From the NCBI GenBank assembly GCA_002633005.1, contig NMRA01000662.1:9375-73374 (forward strand): a DNA stretch of 64,000 nt. The letters run 5' to 3'. Positions 11,721 to 25,200 of this stretch are shown here, one piece after another. Position 1 is the first letter of the stretch, and each line of letters begins with the position of its first letter. The notes beneath the pieces were generated by a model. The model was not told where the DNA came from, ran no database searches, and saw only the letters and a list, made by a program, of their open reading frames with translations. This stretch comes from Phoronis australis (Eukaryota; Animalia; Phoronida). The translations under genes were made by a program, and so were the position numbers.

Positions 11721-13020
11721 ACTATATTCAGTTTTATAAACCAAACACTTCAGATTAAATTTTCCATGGATCAGTCATGACCTAAATGCAAATATGTAGC
11801 AACCAAGAATCAGTTGAGCTGAAGTAGTCATAGTAACGTTCCCAGGCAACAGTAGAACTGAAGTGTCATGATAATGTTCACATTAACGCCATTTGTAATC
11901 AGAACAGACAATTAGAGTTAAGCAAAGCAGAATCTTACTGCCCAACTTTCCCTAAATCTCAAAATCTTACCTGTTCCAACTCTGAACACCAAAAGATTAG
12001 AACTGTCATAATATCTACTTGGTGCATTCAGTTAAGAGTACGACTAGCAAACACACACAATCTGTGATTCTGGAAACACAGTCAACTTATTGCACGTTTA
12101 ACATTTAACTTCCTAAAATTTTGTGACCAACGTGAACAATGTAAATCTGTTCCTAAGAAATAATTGCCGTAGTAAATGACATACATGACGTGACACTGAG
12201 CACAAAAACGTAACAGTTTGTCCATGTAGTAATAAATATAAGAGCATAGTACTTCATACCAGATATAAACTAAATTATAAAATAACAGTTACACAAACAA
12301 TGAAGCGTTACGAGCGACAAAAAGAGTAAAAGCTGGACACCACCGAACATTACATTCACCAATGGTTAAGACCAGTATAGAAACACTACACGTAACTCTA
12401 ACCTAACAAATTCAGACTAGATATAAAAACCTTTCGCACCTAACTCATACATTGCTAATATTGATTTATACGCACAAATAATACAGTAAATGTTATCAAT
12501 CAAGGTTGACTTCCAAACTAGCACTAACTCAACCAGGCCTCTTACTAACACCAGATCTCTGACACAAACAGAAGCAGACGACAATGACCATTAGTTGTAA
12601 GTTAATACCACAAGCTGTTACTGTACCTATCTCGACACACTTCAGACTATCATAGAATACAAGCGCATAACTAAGTTTTCTACAAGTTACAAACAAATAC
12701 AGACAATGAATATATGCTTTCTCAATCCTATTCATATTACATTATCATACAGTGCAAATTCATCAATTTCCTCCAGGGATAAAATGAAAATTAAAATATA
12801 AACATTCAGCTGCTTTTTGAATCTCACTCACTCATTATCACACACGAGCTTATCGACTTTTATCAAAGATGGAACACAGGATAAAATCTACATAGACTTG
12901 GATACTTTTTAACCCACTCATTGATGGAAACACTGCCATTAAAAATCAATACTATATTCCATGACTTCCTGGACCATAAAACCTTGACACAAAGTCAGAC
13001 ATCACATGCCAGTCAAGCTG

Positions 13021-13209
13021 TCAATCAGAGTCTGAGCCCCTCCTAGCTGAGCCATTGCTAAGCAGCCTGGTGGTGCTGGTTGGCCCTCCTATGCCCTTAA
13101 CTGACTGTGTCGCCTCCTCCACCTGTAGCCTGCTACAAACAGTCTGGTAAGTCTTGATATCCAGCTCGGACTCGGGAACGCCTTGCAGCTCAAAGTCCGA
13201 GTAGCATTT
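13021..13209 (-). CDS. CADPS: CADPS last coding exon ([10 protein letters not shown]...RGSDSD*)
   Basis: acacag acceptor; TGA at 13023-13021. Confidence 0.93.
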   Translation of the reverse strand, partial: KCYSDFELQGVPESELDIKTYQTVCSRLQVEEATQSVKGIGGPTSTTRLLSNGSARRGSDSD

Positions 13210-16200
13210 CTGTGTGTAGAATTCAGAATTAGAAATAAGCATCCACGTCGCAATAACTAAGTATGTAACGAAAGGCATACAACGGCAAAACTACTTCTCA
13301 TCTGAGCAAGGAACAAGCTGGGAACAATATTGTATTTTGGACAATTTTATAGCAGCAGGTGATCTATATCGATGTGGGCTTACTGCCACTTTAAATACAC
13401 GATCATGAAATAGGTTAACAACGACAAACTGATCTCGGCATTTTCCTTTCAAGTCAGTTTCTACCAATAAAGGAATGCACAGCAGAAGGCCTGTGACTGA
13501 TAACAAGAGTCACATATGGTGACTTTTCACTCTTTTGATGGTGTCCTGAGTGACCTGAATTACATGTCATGCTATATGGTATATGGAAAGGTTTGAAGTG
13601 GACTTTGTTCAGGTGAGCCTGACCGACTTCATTAACGTGTACTTTAGGTCACAAGAAAGATGTAAGGAAATGTGCCTTTACCAGGCTTAGTATGTTAATA
13701 TGGTCAGTTAATAATCTGAAGAAGTGATCAGACACAGCAGATAGAACTTCCCTGCCATTGCAACTTAGTGAAGTTGTCATCAGTTTAGCGTTACGCACAT
13801 GCGCTGTGGAATGAGTATCACGATTTCACCGATTGGATAGTCGGCATATTATCAGTTCGACAGCAATAGCAAGGGGAGAAAGTTGGCAAACCAATGTTTA
13901 CATAGTCCAACTCTCTCATGGTCTGCTTTCATCTGATAAGCTCACGTAATCCAGTAATTATGTTGTAAACAGTGTGCCTGACGCTAAGCCATACTTCAAC
14001 ATACCATTTCCAAACGATGTTGAACAAACGTGAAAACAATTTGTTTTGTATGAAAGACTATCAACAAAAAACTTCGAACGATTGAGTTTCAAAGACATTA
14101 GGCTTAGCTTTCACACGCTGATTTCTTCATGGGACTGTAAGCTCTGACTTGCTCACTACCACAGCATTGTGTACTAACACAATAGACTTTTTTGTCTAGT
14201 TTAATCGAACCTGATACTAGATCAGATCCTGATGTTTGAAATTTTTTGGTTTTAACAGCCCAGGGGAATGGAACGTAATGCTTAGGAGCGTTTTGTAGAT
14301 GCAAGAATCTTGCCAAAGGATAATGCAAGACCCAACTAGCACACACTAGCGACCGCTCAAGTAAAGATAGGTAAGGTTGGAGTATTGAATTGTGGGATAT
14401 CACTCGTAGTTTCCATAATTGCAAAAGTGGAAATTTCTAGATGCAAGTGCTTCTTTGTATTAGGGGAGCATAGAATGCAGTCCTTAAAGAATATACAGAT
14501 TTTGATCATGACATAAAAGTTTAATGTTAAATGTTTAGTGCTGAATAGAAGCGATCTGGAGGATCCAAACAAAGGGAAAACTGCTCCCTATAGCGGTTTC
14601 TATTGCCCTCACAGATTATAAGAGACTAGTTGCCCCCACTTAATGCATATCTCTCTTTATACGTCCCCCACAACAGACAGTCACAAAGTATTTGAGTGAC
14701 ACACCCACCTGTACAATATTGGCAAGACACGTGAGTTGATAAGGGTGCAGTGACAGGTCCAGTCTGTCTGTAAGCCATTCACAGATCCTCCTCATCTGCT
14801 GGGAGTACCACTCCTGTCAATAACATTACACAACAAGATAAGCATGACAATTTTTTGCCCCTCCAGCACATAGTGTGGCCACAAAACAGATCTTATTTGG
14901 TCACTGACAATAAAAACAAAACTTTACTTCACAGTTTGTACCATGCAGTAGTTGTAAAAACAACACTTTGTAATTTCCTCACTCCGAGTAAGAAGACAGT
15001 CGGCCTTTGTGAAATATCAATTAGTTTTGCTGTGTGAAATACATGAACACTGCATGTCATAGAAAAATGTCTTCAATATAATGGCAATAAACTTGACACA
15101 GGCATTCTTCTCCTAAGCGCACCTAGTAAATCTATGATCAAGATTCTAATTTGACTAGTAACACTCGCGAAGGTTAAGGATGAAGTTGTAAACATTACAC
15201 CCAAAGGACAGTATATCATCAGTATACATACCCCCATAATACTCAACACATAGATCTCAAAGGACAGTATATCATCAGTATACATACCCCCATAATACTC
15301 AACACATAGATCTCAAAGAACAGTATATCATCAGTATACATACCCCCATAATACTCAACACATAGATCTCATCGACGATCTTCTGCCTCAGCATGTCCAA
15401 GTTGACACGCATGAAACTCACGTATTCTTTGCCCAGTTCATTGGTGGGTTTCTGAGGAAATCGACACAAACATTTTAACAATCTGGATTTGATCTTTACT
15501 TACAACTTCCAAACCTTCGCCTTATATTACAACAGAATACATCAGTTTCAATTTCTTGACCAGGATTCAAGTGTTTGCACTGACCAACAGCTCCCTTCAC
15601 AGTTAGTGGCAAATGATTGTTACGTTATTTTAGAATAGCTGAAGTTTACATTATCAATCTAGATGACTACATTAGAAACGCGTATTAAAAGGCAAATTTC
15701 TTAAAAATATTCCATTATTAAAATCCTATTTCATTTTCTATCAAACGTGGTAAAATTTGAAGAAATTTTGAAAAATGTAAAAAAGTCAATTTGGGCAAAC
15801 AGTTACATTCGAAAGAAAGTTGAGTAGACACAAGAATCTCGGGAATGAAACTAGTATGATCACGTTCTTTGGTTGTAATAAATAATAACACTATATCTTG
15901 CCAAACCTTGTGTAATCTCGTGTTTTTATCTACAGAATGTACAGCATGTTGTCAACTTACGGTGAGTGATAGCAGGGATGAGAAGAACGAGCCCTCGTCG
16001 TAGCGTGACAGTTTGTTGAGTACATTGTCAAGAACACTTATGAACCTGTCGGTGATACCACGTAACATCTGTACCTGTATCTTCTCAAGAAGCTCGTCAA
16101 TTCGCGTATGGTACTGGTGCTAAACAGGCAGTAAATATCAACAATTTAGTGTGCTTAAGGATATCTCAAATCTTATTCACAAAAATTGTATGATTTTACA

Positions 16201-19200
16201 ATATTTCATACATGTCTAGCAAAATACCTTGTCTTCATTCTCGAGGAATTTTAACTACGAAATATATACCACGTACTAACTTAAGGAAGAAAACAAAATG
16301 ATGGAACCGCACAACCGTGTGCAAATTCGTTTACTATTTATCCGAGGTCAAAGGTTAAAGGGTTGTCATCAAATAGAATCTCTCGTCAGGCATAACGCAG
16401 CTCTGTATGAACGCACAGTTCTTTCATTCAGTGAGTCGCCATAATACCGAGACAACGAAGTGCAGATATGATAGAAAGATGGCAAGGAAATTGAAGACAA
16501 AACATAGTTTTGATCCCGAGGGAGTTGTGCATCTGCAAGCATATAACCATTGAGAATGAGTGTTTCGAGTCATTGCACGTATCTCTGAGAGTTTTCATGA
16601 ACACAGCAAGTTGTGAAAAGAGATAAGTCCTCACCCAAATTCATTAATTTGACACTTCACTGTTTTGATCTCATGCTTACTACACGCTTAAACCAAATCA
16701 ATTTTCATTGTCCATTTCATTCTTGGTCTCACATCAGTCTCCCGGCATGTGGTGTGTATAACAAGAAACTATTGACCTACTTTTAAGTAGGTCAAAAGTT
16801 GACCCCGCCTGGACTGGAGACGGTCACGATATTAAAACATTTTAGTGATAATTAAGTTAATGCAAATTCAGTTGACATTGTGATTGAATGTTGAAATAGC
16901 AAACATAGTTAAGGCATGTACAGGTTATATTGACTGAAACAAGTTTTCACCGAATAATTAGCTGCAAACCTTGAGAAGTTCATGGCTCACCTTTTTTCTC
17001 GGCTTTGGCAAATCGACTTAATTTGAACTTAGGAACGCGAGTTCTCAAAAACAGCTCAGTGGAATTTGCTGAAACTTTCTAAACTTAATATTTATGCATA
17101 AATCTCAAAAATGCTGTAAGGATTTTTGATACAAAGGCCTAGTTTTTGCGTAATGTAACAGACGAATATGACTTGTTGGAATTTTTTACAGAAATACCTA
17201 TTAGTAACATTTTGGCATTTAATTTGTCATACAAACCAAACTAAAAGACTACGGTAAATTCCTAACAACATTTTTGAGGTAACTGGTGAAATTTTCATTT
17301 AAAAAGGTTTCATTAAAATTGACTGAGAGGTTGTTTTGCTATGAATGCACCTTTCTCAAAAATGAAACTTTTCAATTAAAAAAGGTGTTAATGTAATAAT
17401 AATAATAATGGTACATGAATATAAAACAACTTTATAATCCCTGATCTTTTTTTCTGTCAGATAACCTTAACTTTTGTTTGGTGTAAATTCGTTGTCTCAA
17501 ACAGGCATGATATTGATACTGGCAGTAGTTAACATTTCAACAACTTCAAGCCACAAAACACTTGACAACCAAAAATGTCAATCTTTGAGGGAGACCACTT
17601 ACAATACAGCTGTTTGCAATTTTACACCTAGAAGTCAATACTAAAAGTTTACCAATGACTTCTGACCCAGAGAGAACTGACTGTACATCACATTCAAATT
17701 CACCACAGAATTCAAACTTAGTTTAAGTTAATTGCTAGGTCAATGTCAACTAACTTTTATGATAGCACTTCTAATGAAATGACCTTCAACCCAATGTCAT
17801 TGGTTAGTACAGAGATCACATGACAAGGGAAGAGACCAACTGGAAGGGAACATTCCAAGAGAAAAAAATAAAATCATATAGAAATGGCATGATAAAATGT
17901 GCATAGCTGCAGTGTGAAAGATCCGTGTTTGAAGAGAATGAAAATAATTGTTCACTTCATTCAAAATGAAAATTACCTTAATCTTAGTAAGATTGAAAAT
18001 TTAGAAATGCATATGATTATGACTTATAAGTCATAAAAGCACCTTCAGGACCTCGTGGTAAACAACGTCTTCCTCTCAATAAAAATGACAAGACAACAGC
18101 TTAATAATACAATACACATTGAACAGAGATAAAAAGACATTGATAAAATAAAACTCATCTTTCATATCCATGTTGCAGACTTTGATACACTCATACTCAA
18201 ATACACGACTTATTGTTTGTACGAAAATTTGTGTGTATCAATAATGTATTTCAATTTTATTTAGTAGACTAAAACGTGTAATCAACATTACTAAAGCACA
18301 AGTGACCCCTTTGCTGTGTATCAGCAGAAATTCAAAATTTAAACTCAAAATTTTATTCTAAAATTTTCCATTTCATAAAGTGGTACGAGTTCCTCTTGAG
18401 AAGAAGTTTCAACTTAATCAATTTGCACTACAGTTTGCTTTATGAACCGTTTAACTAAATGAGGCAGAAAAGGTTTTAACTTTCTTTTAAGGTCAAATAT
18501 TGATCAGCTATAGACATACTTACTGTGTCCATACTCCCCCAAGCACACAGCTTGACCGACTGGTTCCTGTAGTCCAGTATCACATTGACCATGACACACA
18601 CCTCACTGGGCACGGCGTAGTCGGCCCCTTTACCTCCCTTCTTCATCCACGTCTCAAAGAACTTCATTGTCCTGTGGCACCCAATGACATGAAGGCAATA
18701 ACAAAAGGCTTGAATCACACAATAGGATGATCAGGACTACTGGGATAGGGTGCGTAAAACAAGTTTATGCATGGAATAACTTAGTTGCATGATATAAAAT
18801 GCATTTTTGCACGTAACAAAGTGATGTTGCCGGTGACATTCAGCAGTTAACTTTCAGGGCTTGGAATGACCAATGACAAAATACGCGGAAACTTTTACAG
18901 CCCAAAACATGCGCGCTACCCAGCCTTGAAATAGTTGATGTGAACCTTTCGCCGACAAAAATCGGGAGGACTAAAAAGAGAAAACGTTTCCACCATCAGT
19001 AGCATGCGTCTGCGTCTTTTTAGCTCGTCCGTCCACTCCCACCCCCACACATTTTTGGCTGCAGAGCCGCAGTATTTGTCACCGCGGTTTACAATCACAC
19101 GAGACGCCATTGAAAATCCCACCACGCTATCCCAGATGCCCCGGCAATGTTGACAATTTACGTTCCTCCGAAACATGAAGAGCAACTTCCGCTTTTCGAG

Positions 19201-22200
19201 GTGAACGTCGTCGGCAACGCCGCGGTAAGAAAGGAATTTGACGTGGAAATTTTATATCAAATCCGATTTTTTTTTTACGCGGAAATATAATAAAATGCGC
19301 GGACAGAACATTTGAAAAAAGCAGAAATCCGCGTTTCCGCGGAAAATTCCAAGCCTTGAACTTTATCCAATTAAGCCCTGGTCCACATAATGTTTACAGT
19401 TAAAGTCTCTACGGATCATGATCTGCTGTTCAACACCTCAACTTTCTTCATACTCAGGCATATCTACTCCTCCAAAACATTGTCACTGCAGTTTTACCAT
19501 TTGCTTGAACTGAAATTGGCAATAATCGATGGAAATTCCCTTGCCTTGGCACATGAAACTAACCTACAGTGACAACCCTTTTAAAAATGGCCCATGTTTT
19601 GAAGGAATAACAACCAATCAGATCTTCTTAAATCGAGAAATTAGCACTAATCTGAGCACCGAACAAAACACGATCAATTTCATTAAAGTGCGAAAATCCA
19701 CTGTGACTATGACAAACTGAATGTTCATAACATTCAATTGCCATTTATAAGAATCTAGGTACTTAACAGCTGAAAACTGAAGGTGAATGAGGTACATATC
19801 ACTTGTTATTAACACTTGTCTATTACTAGCAACCAAACACAGGGTGATGCTTATTACAAAACAGCCTGCTACCAACATAGGGTGATGCCTATTACCATCA
19901 TAGGGTGATGCCTATTACCAACATAGAGTGATGCCTATTACAAAACATCCTGTTACCAACATAGAGTGATCCGTATTACACAACAGCCTGTTACCTTGAC
20001 GCTGCAGCCTCTATCATGTCCGCTGCCATCAACTTGAGCCGTTGGTCAAGGTGGTCAGCGAACACCTCGTCTGGCCAGTGGAGTTCACGGATGAACGACT
20101 GTAAAGCATCTAGTTTCCACAACATGTCCTCTGATGTCTTACAGCCGTTTCTAAGGAAATACACGACAGGTTGGTGAGGCAGAAGTACATGACATCTATA
20201 ACTTAAACAGATGTCTTGTTGCCATGGATACAGAAATATTAATAATTATGATGGGATATTGAAGACAATTCAATTCCAAACATTTCAGCTCTAATGGGAA
20301 TAACTAAGAAAATTAGTAATCAATAATTCTATTTGCTGAGCTGGTTTCTTATACTTATCATAATTCAACGTGATTCTGAAGTCAAGCTGAATAATTTTGC
20401 AGCTCAAATTTGTGCCAACCAGGACAAATTTCAGGTTGTATTTGTTCAATTACAACTCAAAATTCGCGATCCATAAGTCCCAACATCAAACACACTGTCT
20501 GGTAACCTACCCCTGTAATTGCCATCTCTCCCGTTCAAACCCTCTGTGAATGGACTGTGCTATGGAAGACTCCATCAAGTCAACGTAACGTATCACCTGT
20601 GGCGCAAACACATCCCGTAGGTGCATGTGAAACCTCCCCCCTCGCAAGCTCTCTACAAATGTAAACAAGAAAGTTTATTGCACCATTTCAGCAGGCAAGC
20701 AGACATAAGAGTTCACAAAACAAAACAGATGAATGTAAAAGGTCGTGCAATATGGCAAATGATGCGGCATTCGTGACGCCTTTCAGTAGCCAATGAAAAG
20801 ACAATATTATCTACGTTTGCAGAAAGAGTCGTCAACAAGATTAGAACAAGTTCTTGTCTTCCAAAACAACCAATGACAACAGGGTAACCACTTTCAATTA
20901 AAGACAATACAGCCACTGAGAAGAGTCTGTACCCTGTATACAAAAAACAATCAATGATTAGAAAGTTTTCTTTTCCATTGTTATACACAACTGCCAATAA
21001 CATCATTCAAATTCCTAAGTTCACCATCACCATCCAGTCAATGAACATACCAGTACTCCTTGAAACATGACCACGTCACTTGGTTTTCATTGAAAATTTA
21101 CCAAGACAATGCCTTAAGTTCAGTTTGCTGTGTCACAACACAACTAAAGTACCGGTATGGTTCGGCAGACACCTGGTTGTAACAGATACCATTCCACAGA
21201 AACCATCAGCAAACACTTGACCTTTGACCTTCGCCTAAGAACAGCAACACCTCACTTCATGTTACACAAAACAAAAATTGTCAAAAACATTTAAGAGTGA
21301 CTCCATGTAAAAACCAACAGATAGAGTCTATACCCAAAATCACCGATTTTTTTTAAACTTAGCACATGAGTTTGGTTTGTTGAGATGTAGAAAAACCTCA
21401 CTTTTTAAGAATTTTCATTCATTATTTTTTCTTTTTATGACCTGTACCTCCATTTTGCAACAAAATTGGGCGTCGAAGTAGGCATGTTTGAATGCATTTT
21501 ACTAGCATGTGTGGTAAGGACAAAACAAATGAATAATACGAATTGAAAGGGCAACGGCTGAATAATTTAATGGCATAACTTTCAAAATCCATTTTCAAGT
21601 TTGTACGTTTTGAATTTGTGAGGCAAAAACGGCTATTTTTCAGGTTTTCACTGAAGCCATTTTCGGCCAAATTTGGCACTCTGTAGCAGCCATAACGCAC
21701 CTTTTCTGAAATTGACTTTATAATAATTTGTTTAGTCATTCCTAACCTGTTCATAATCTAAAATAAAAAATCTTGCCTCTANNNNNNNNNNNNNNNNNNN
21801 NNNNNNNNNNNNNNNNNNNNNNNNNNNNNNNNNNNNNNNNNNNNNNNNNNNNNNNNNNNNNNNNNNNNNNNNNNNNNNNNNNNNNNNNNNNNNNNNNNNN
21901 NNNNNNNNNNNNNNNNNNNNNNNNNNNNNNNNNNNNNNNNNNNNNNNNNNNNNNNNNNNNNNNNNNNNNNNNNNNNNNNNNNNNNNNNNNNNNNNNNNNN
22001 NNNNNNNNNNNNNNNNNNNNNNNNNNNNNNNNNNNNNNNNNNNNNNNNNNNNNNNNNNNNNNNNNNNNNNNNNNNNNNNNNNNNNNNNNNNNNNNNNNNN
22101 NNNNNNNNNNNNNNNNNNNNNNNNNNNNNNNNNNNNNNNNNNNNNNNNNNNNNNNNNNNNNNNNNNNNNNNNNNNNNNNNNNNNNNNNNNNNNNNNNNNN

Positions 22201-25200
22201 NNNNNNNNNNNNNNNNNNNNNNNNNNNNNNNNNNNNNNNNNNNNNNNNNNNNNNNNNNNNNNNNNNNNNNNNNNNNNNNNNNNNNNNNNNNNNNNNNNNN
22301 NNNNNNNNNNNNNNNNNNNNNNNNNNNNNNNNNNNNNNNNNNNNNNNNNNNNNNNNNNNNNNNNNNNNNNNNNNNNNNNNNNNNNNNNNNNNNNNNNNNN
22401 NNNNNNNNNNNNNNNNNNNNNNNNNNNNNNNNNNNNNNNNNNNNNNNNNNNNNNNNNNNNNNNNNNNNNNNNNNNNNNNNNNNNNNNNNNNNNNNNNNNN
22501 NNNNNNNNNNNNNNNNNNNNNNNNNNNNNNNNNNNNNNNNNNTTTGCTGAAAATCTTGTTGACCTTTTACCTTTTTTCAATGCCTAACCTATTGCTTCAA
22601 CATTCGTCTCATCCAAATAGTACTCTGGGGCTGCCTCAAATGACTCTCCGGTTCTTGCATCTGAGAGCATTTCTGACCACTGTCGTGCGATGTGGTCATA
22701 CGTGGTTTCCCTCTGTAAATGTTCAGTATGGTTACCCACATCCAAATGCTGACCTAGTTCTGCGTCTGTAGCAAAAAATTTCGAGTAACCTTGCTGGGTA
22801 CAAGGGACCTTTGTTGAGGCTCTTCACTAGATACAATGCCAACCTTAACTCTTGGTGTTGAAAATCCGCCATGTCTAGAGACGTTAGTGTATTTTAGAGA
22901 AATAGATTACCCATTTTCTCAGTATTTGTAAGAACTTGTCGTCACCTACATGGAATGATTTCCACATGCGAATTCCTTGGGTGGAATAGTGGGAATTTGG
23001 GAATGTGCTTATACCAGGAACTGAGTATTTGGAAAAGACTTTGTTGCATTGACTGAACATGCATACATGTACACATAACATCCCTTCACACGGCCACGGG
23101 AAAGTAATGCTTCTTTCAAATCCAGAAAGTTTTGTTACCTTCGGCTACAAAGTACTTTGCATGTTGTTTGAGTGGAGCGATCTTGCGATCACAGAGATCC
23201 TTTCCATTCTGACATTCACCAAAGTCATATCTCGAAACATAAATGCAGGTAGAATTTGACAAGGCTGCTACGTTCAGGAGGAGAGGAGCAGAGTGGTAAC
23301 ATCCAGCATTACCTGACTCTTCCATGACTGGTCCTTTTCAGTCAGAAATTCACCGACTATGGGTAGTACGAGTGCGTACTCTGTCACAGGCCTTGCTTTG
23401 TGAGGTAGTTTCCTGTATCTCAAATGTTCAGTGGTGTCTGTGACATAACTCACTAAAGCACAAAGCTTTAAAATTTGTGATCGGATTTTTTGCAGAATAA
23501 ACTCTACAGGAACATGAAAGCCCATCGACATCGTCCGCCATTTTGTCTTTTTAAAATGCACTTGCTTCTCTCAAAACCATGAGTCATTACAAATATAAAT
23601 TCTTACTCGTTTAATCTGAAAGGCATTTATTTCCATTTAAAATTTCTACAGAGTGTTTGAGTGTTTAAATTAACCTGATAATGTAAAAGAAATGAAAGAA
23701 TACAAGAGCGTTACACGTACATTTTTTTATATATCCTCAAGCTTAACCTCAACTGACTCCCTCAGTGGACAAAGGTCATTGGGCTCAAGTTTGATACTAG
23801 CTGCGTAATAAACCCGGAAAACATCTTGTTTTCATTTGAAAGAGTTTAGACTTGGTTTCGTTTCTATAACTATTTAAAGCAGACTTCTTGCCTAAAAGTT
23901 TATTCCAATGGTCTGTAAACTCTGCTCGTCATTTCCAAACTATGAAAATAGACAGTTTTTAAAGACAATTTTCACTAAGGTGCAAAGTTGAGGCAAGATT
24001 TTTTATTGCTCAGTCCTTAAGACTAAGTCTTTAACTGTATGTTCAAAACGTCACATAAGGCTACAAGGTGTTTTATGGCAGTAAGAAGGTCACAAAAATG
24101 GCCACTAAAATTAGCCCCAAAAAGTGGTCTGTGGATTATCTCCCCTGTCTAGCACAAAACTGTCAGATTTTAATAAATGGCACAGAATTATGTACAGTAT
24201 ACGTTGGTTATTTCAGCCACCAAAATATAGCTTTTGATCTATTTTGTATGTTACTCATTTTTGTTGCTGAAAACGTGCGATTTTTGAGACGGCTAATATG
24301 CCCAATTNCCCTCGCAAGCTCTCTACAAATATACACAAGAAAGGTTATTGCACCATTTCAGCAGGCAAGCAGACGAAGAGTTCACAAAACAAAACAGATG
24401 AATGTAAAAGGTCGTGCAACATGGCAAATGATGCGGCATTCGTGACTCCTTGCACAGTCGCCAATGAAAAGACAAATATTTTCTATGTTTGCAGAGTCAT
24501 CAACAAGATTAGAACAACTTCTTGCCTTCCACAACAACCAATAACAACAGGGTAACCACTTTCATTTAAAGACAATACAGCCATTGAGAAGAGTCTGTAC
24601 CCTGTATACAAAAAAACAACCAATGATAAGAAAGTTTTCTTTTTCATTGTCATACACAACTGCCAATAACATCACTCAAATTCCTAAGTTCACCATCCCC
24701 ATTCAGTCAATGAACATACCAGTACTCCTTCAAACATGACCATGCCACTTGGTTTCCATTGACGATTTACCAAGACAATGCCTTAAATTCAGTTTGCTGT
24801 GTCACAACACTACTAAAGTACCGGTATGGTTCGGCAGACACCTGGTTGTAACAGATACCATTCCACAGAAACCATCAGCAAACACTTGACCTTTGACCTT
24901 CGCCTTAGAACAGCAACACCTCACTTCATGTTACACAAAACAAAAATTGTCAAAAACATTTAACTGTTAAGTTTCTTCAAAGAGGCTATGCAACGGTTGG
25001 ATTTTCGAATTGAACATCAACTAAAGATTGGTGGTCTAGGGCCTTGCAAATCAAAGTGCACTTACGGTCCTGCCTCAGATAGTCATTGAGCAGCTGGAAC
25101 AGAGGGAAACTGTCCCAAGTGTCGGGCAGTTGGCACTCCAGCACCGCGTCCATGTCCACGGCGAACAGAGACCAGAAGATCTCGGCATGTTCTACCAGCA

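Noticed and set aside
17603-17609. 7-nt cassette before a GTAAGT donor
   Set aside because: It is frameshifting and its acceptor region is purine-rich.
21218-21230. Isolated TGACCTTTGACCT DR1 motif
   Set aside because: This word is common in invertebrate repeats and has no supporting motifs nearby.
21732-22771. The two longest ORFs in the track (282 and 332 aa)
   Set aside because: They are poly-X translations of the N gap.
24309-24322. Duplicated or mutually exclusive CADPS exon
   Set aside because: Only 14 nt of exon are present, ending at a contig break; this is an allelic overlap.
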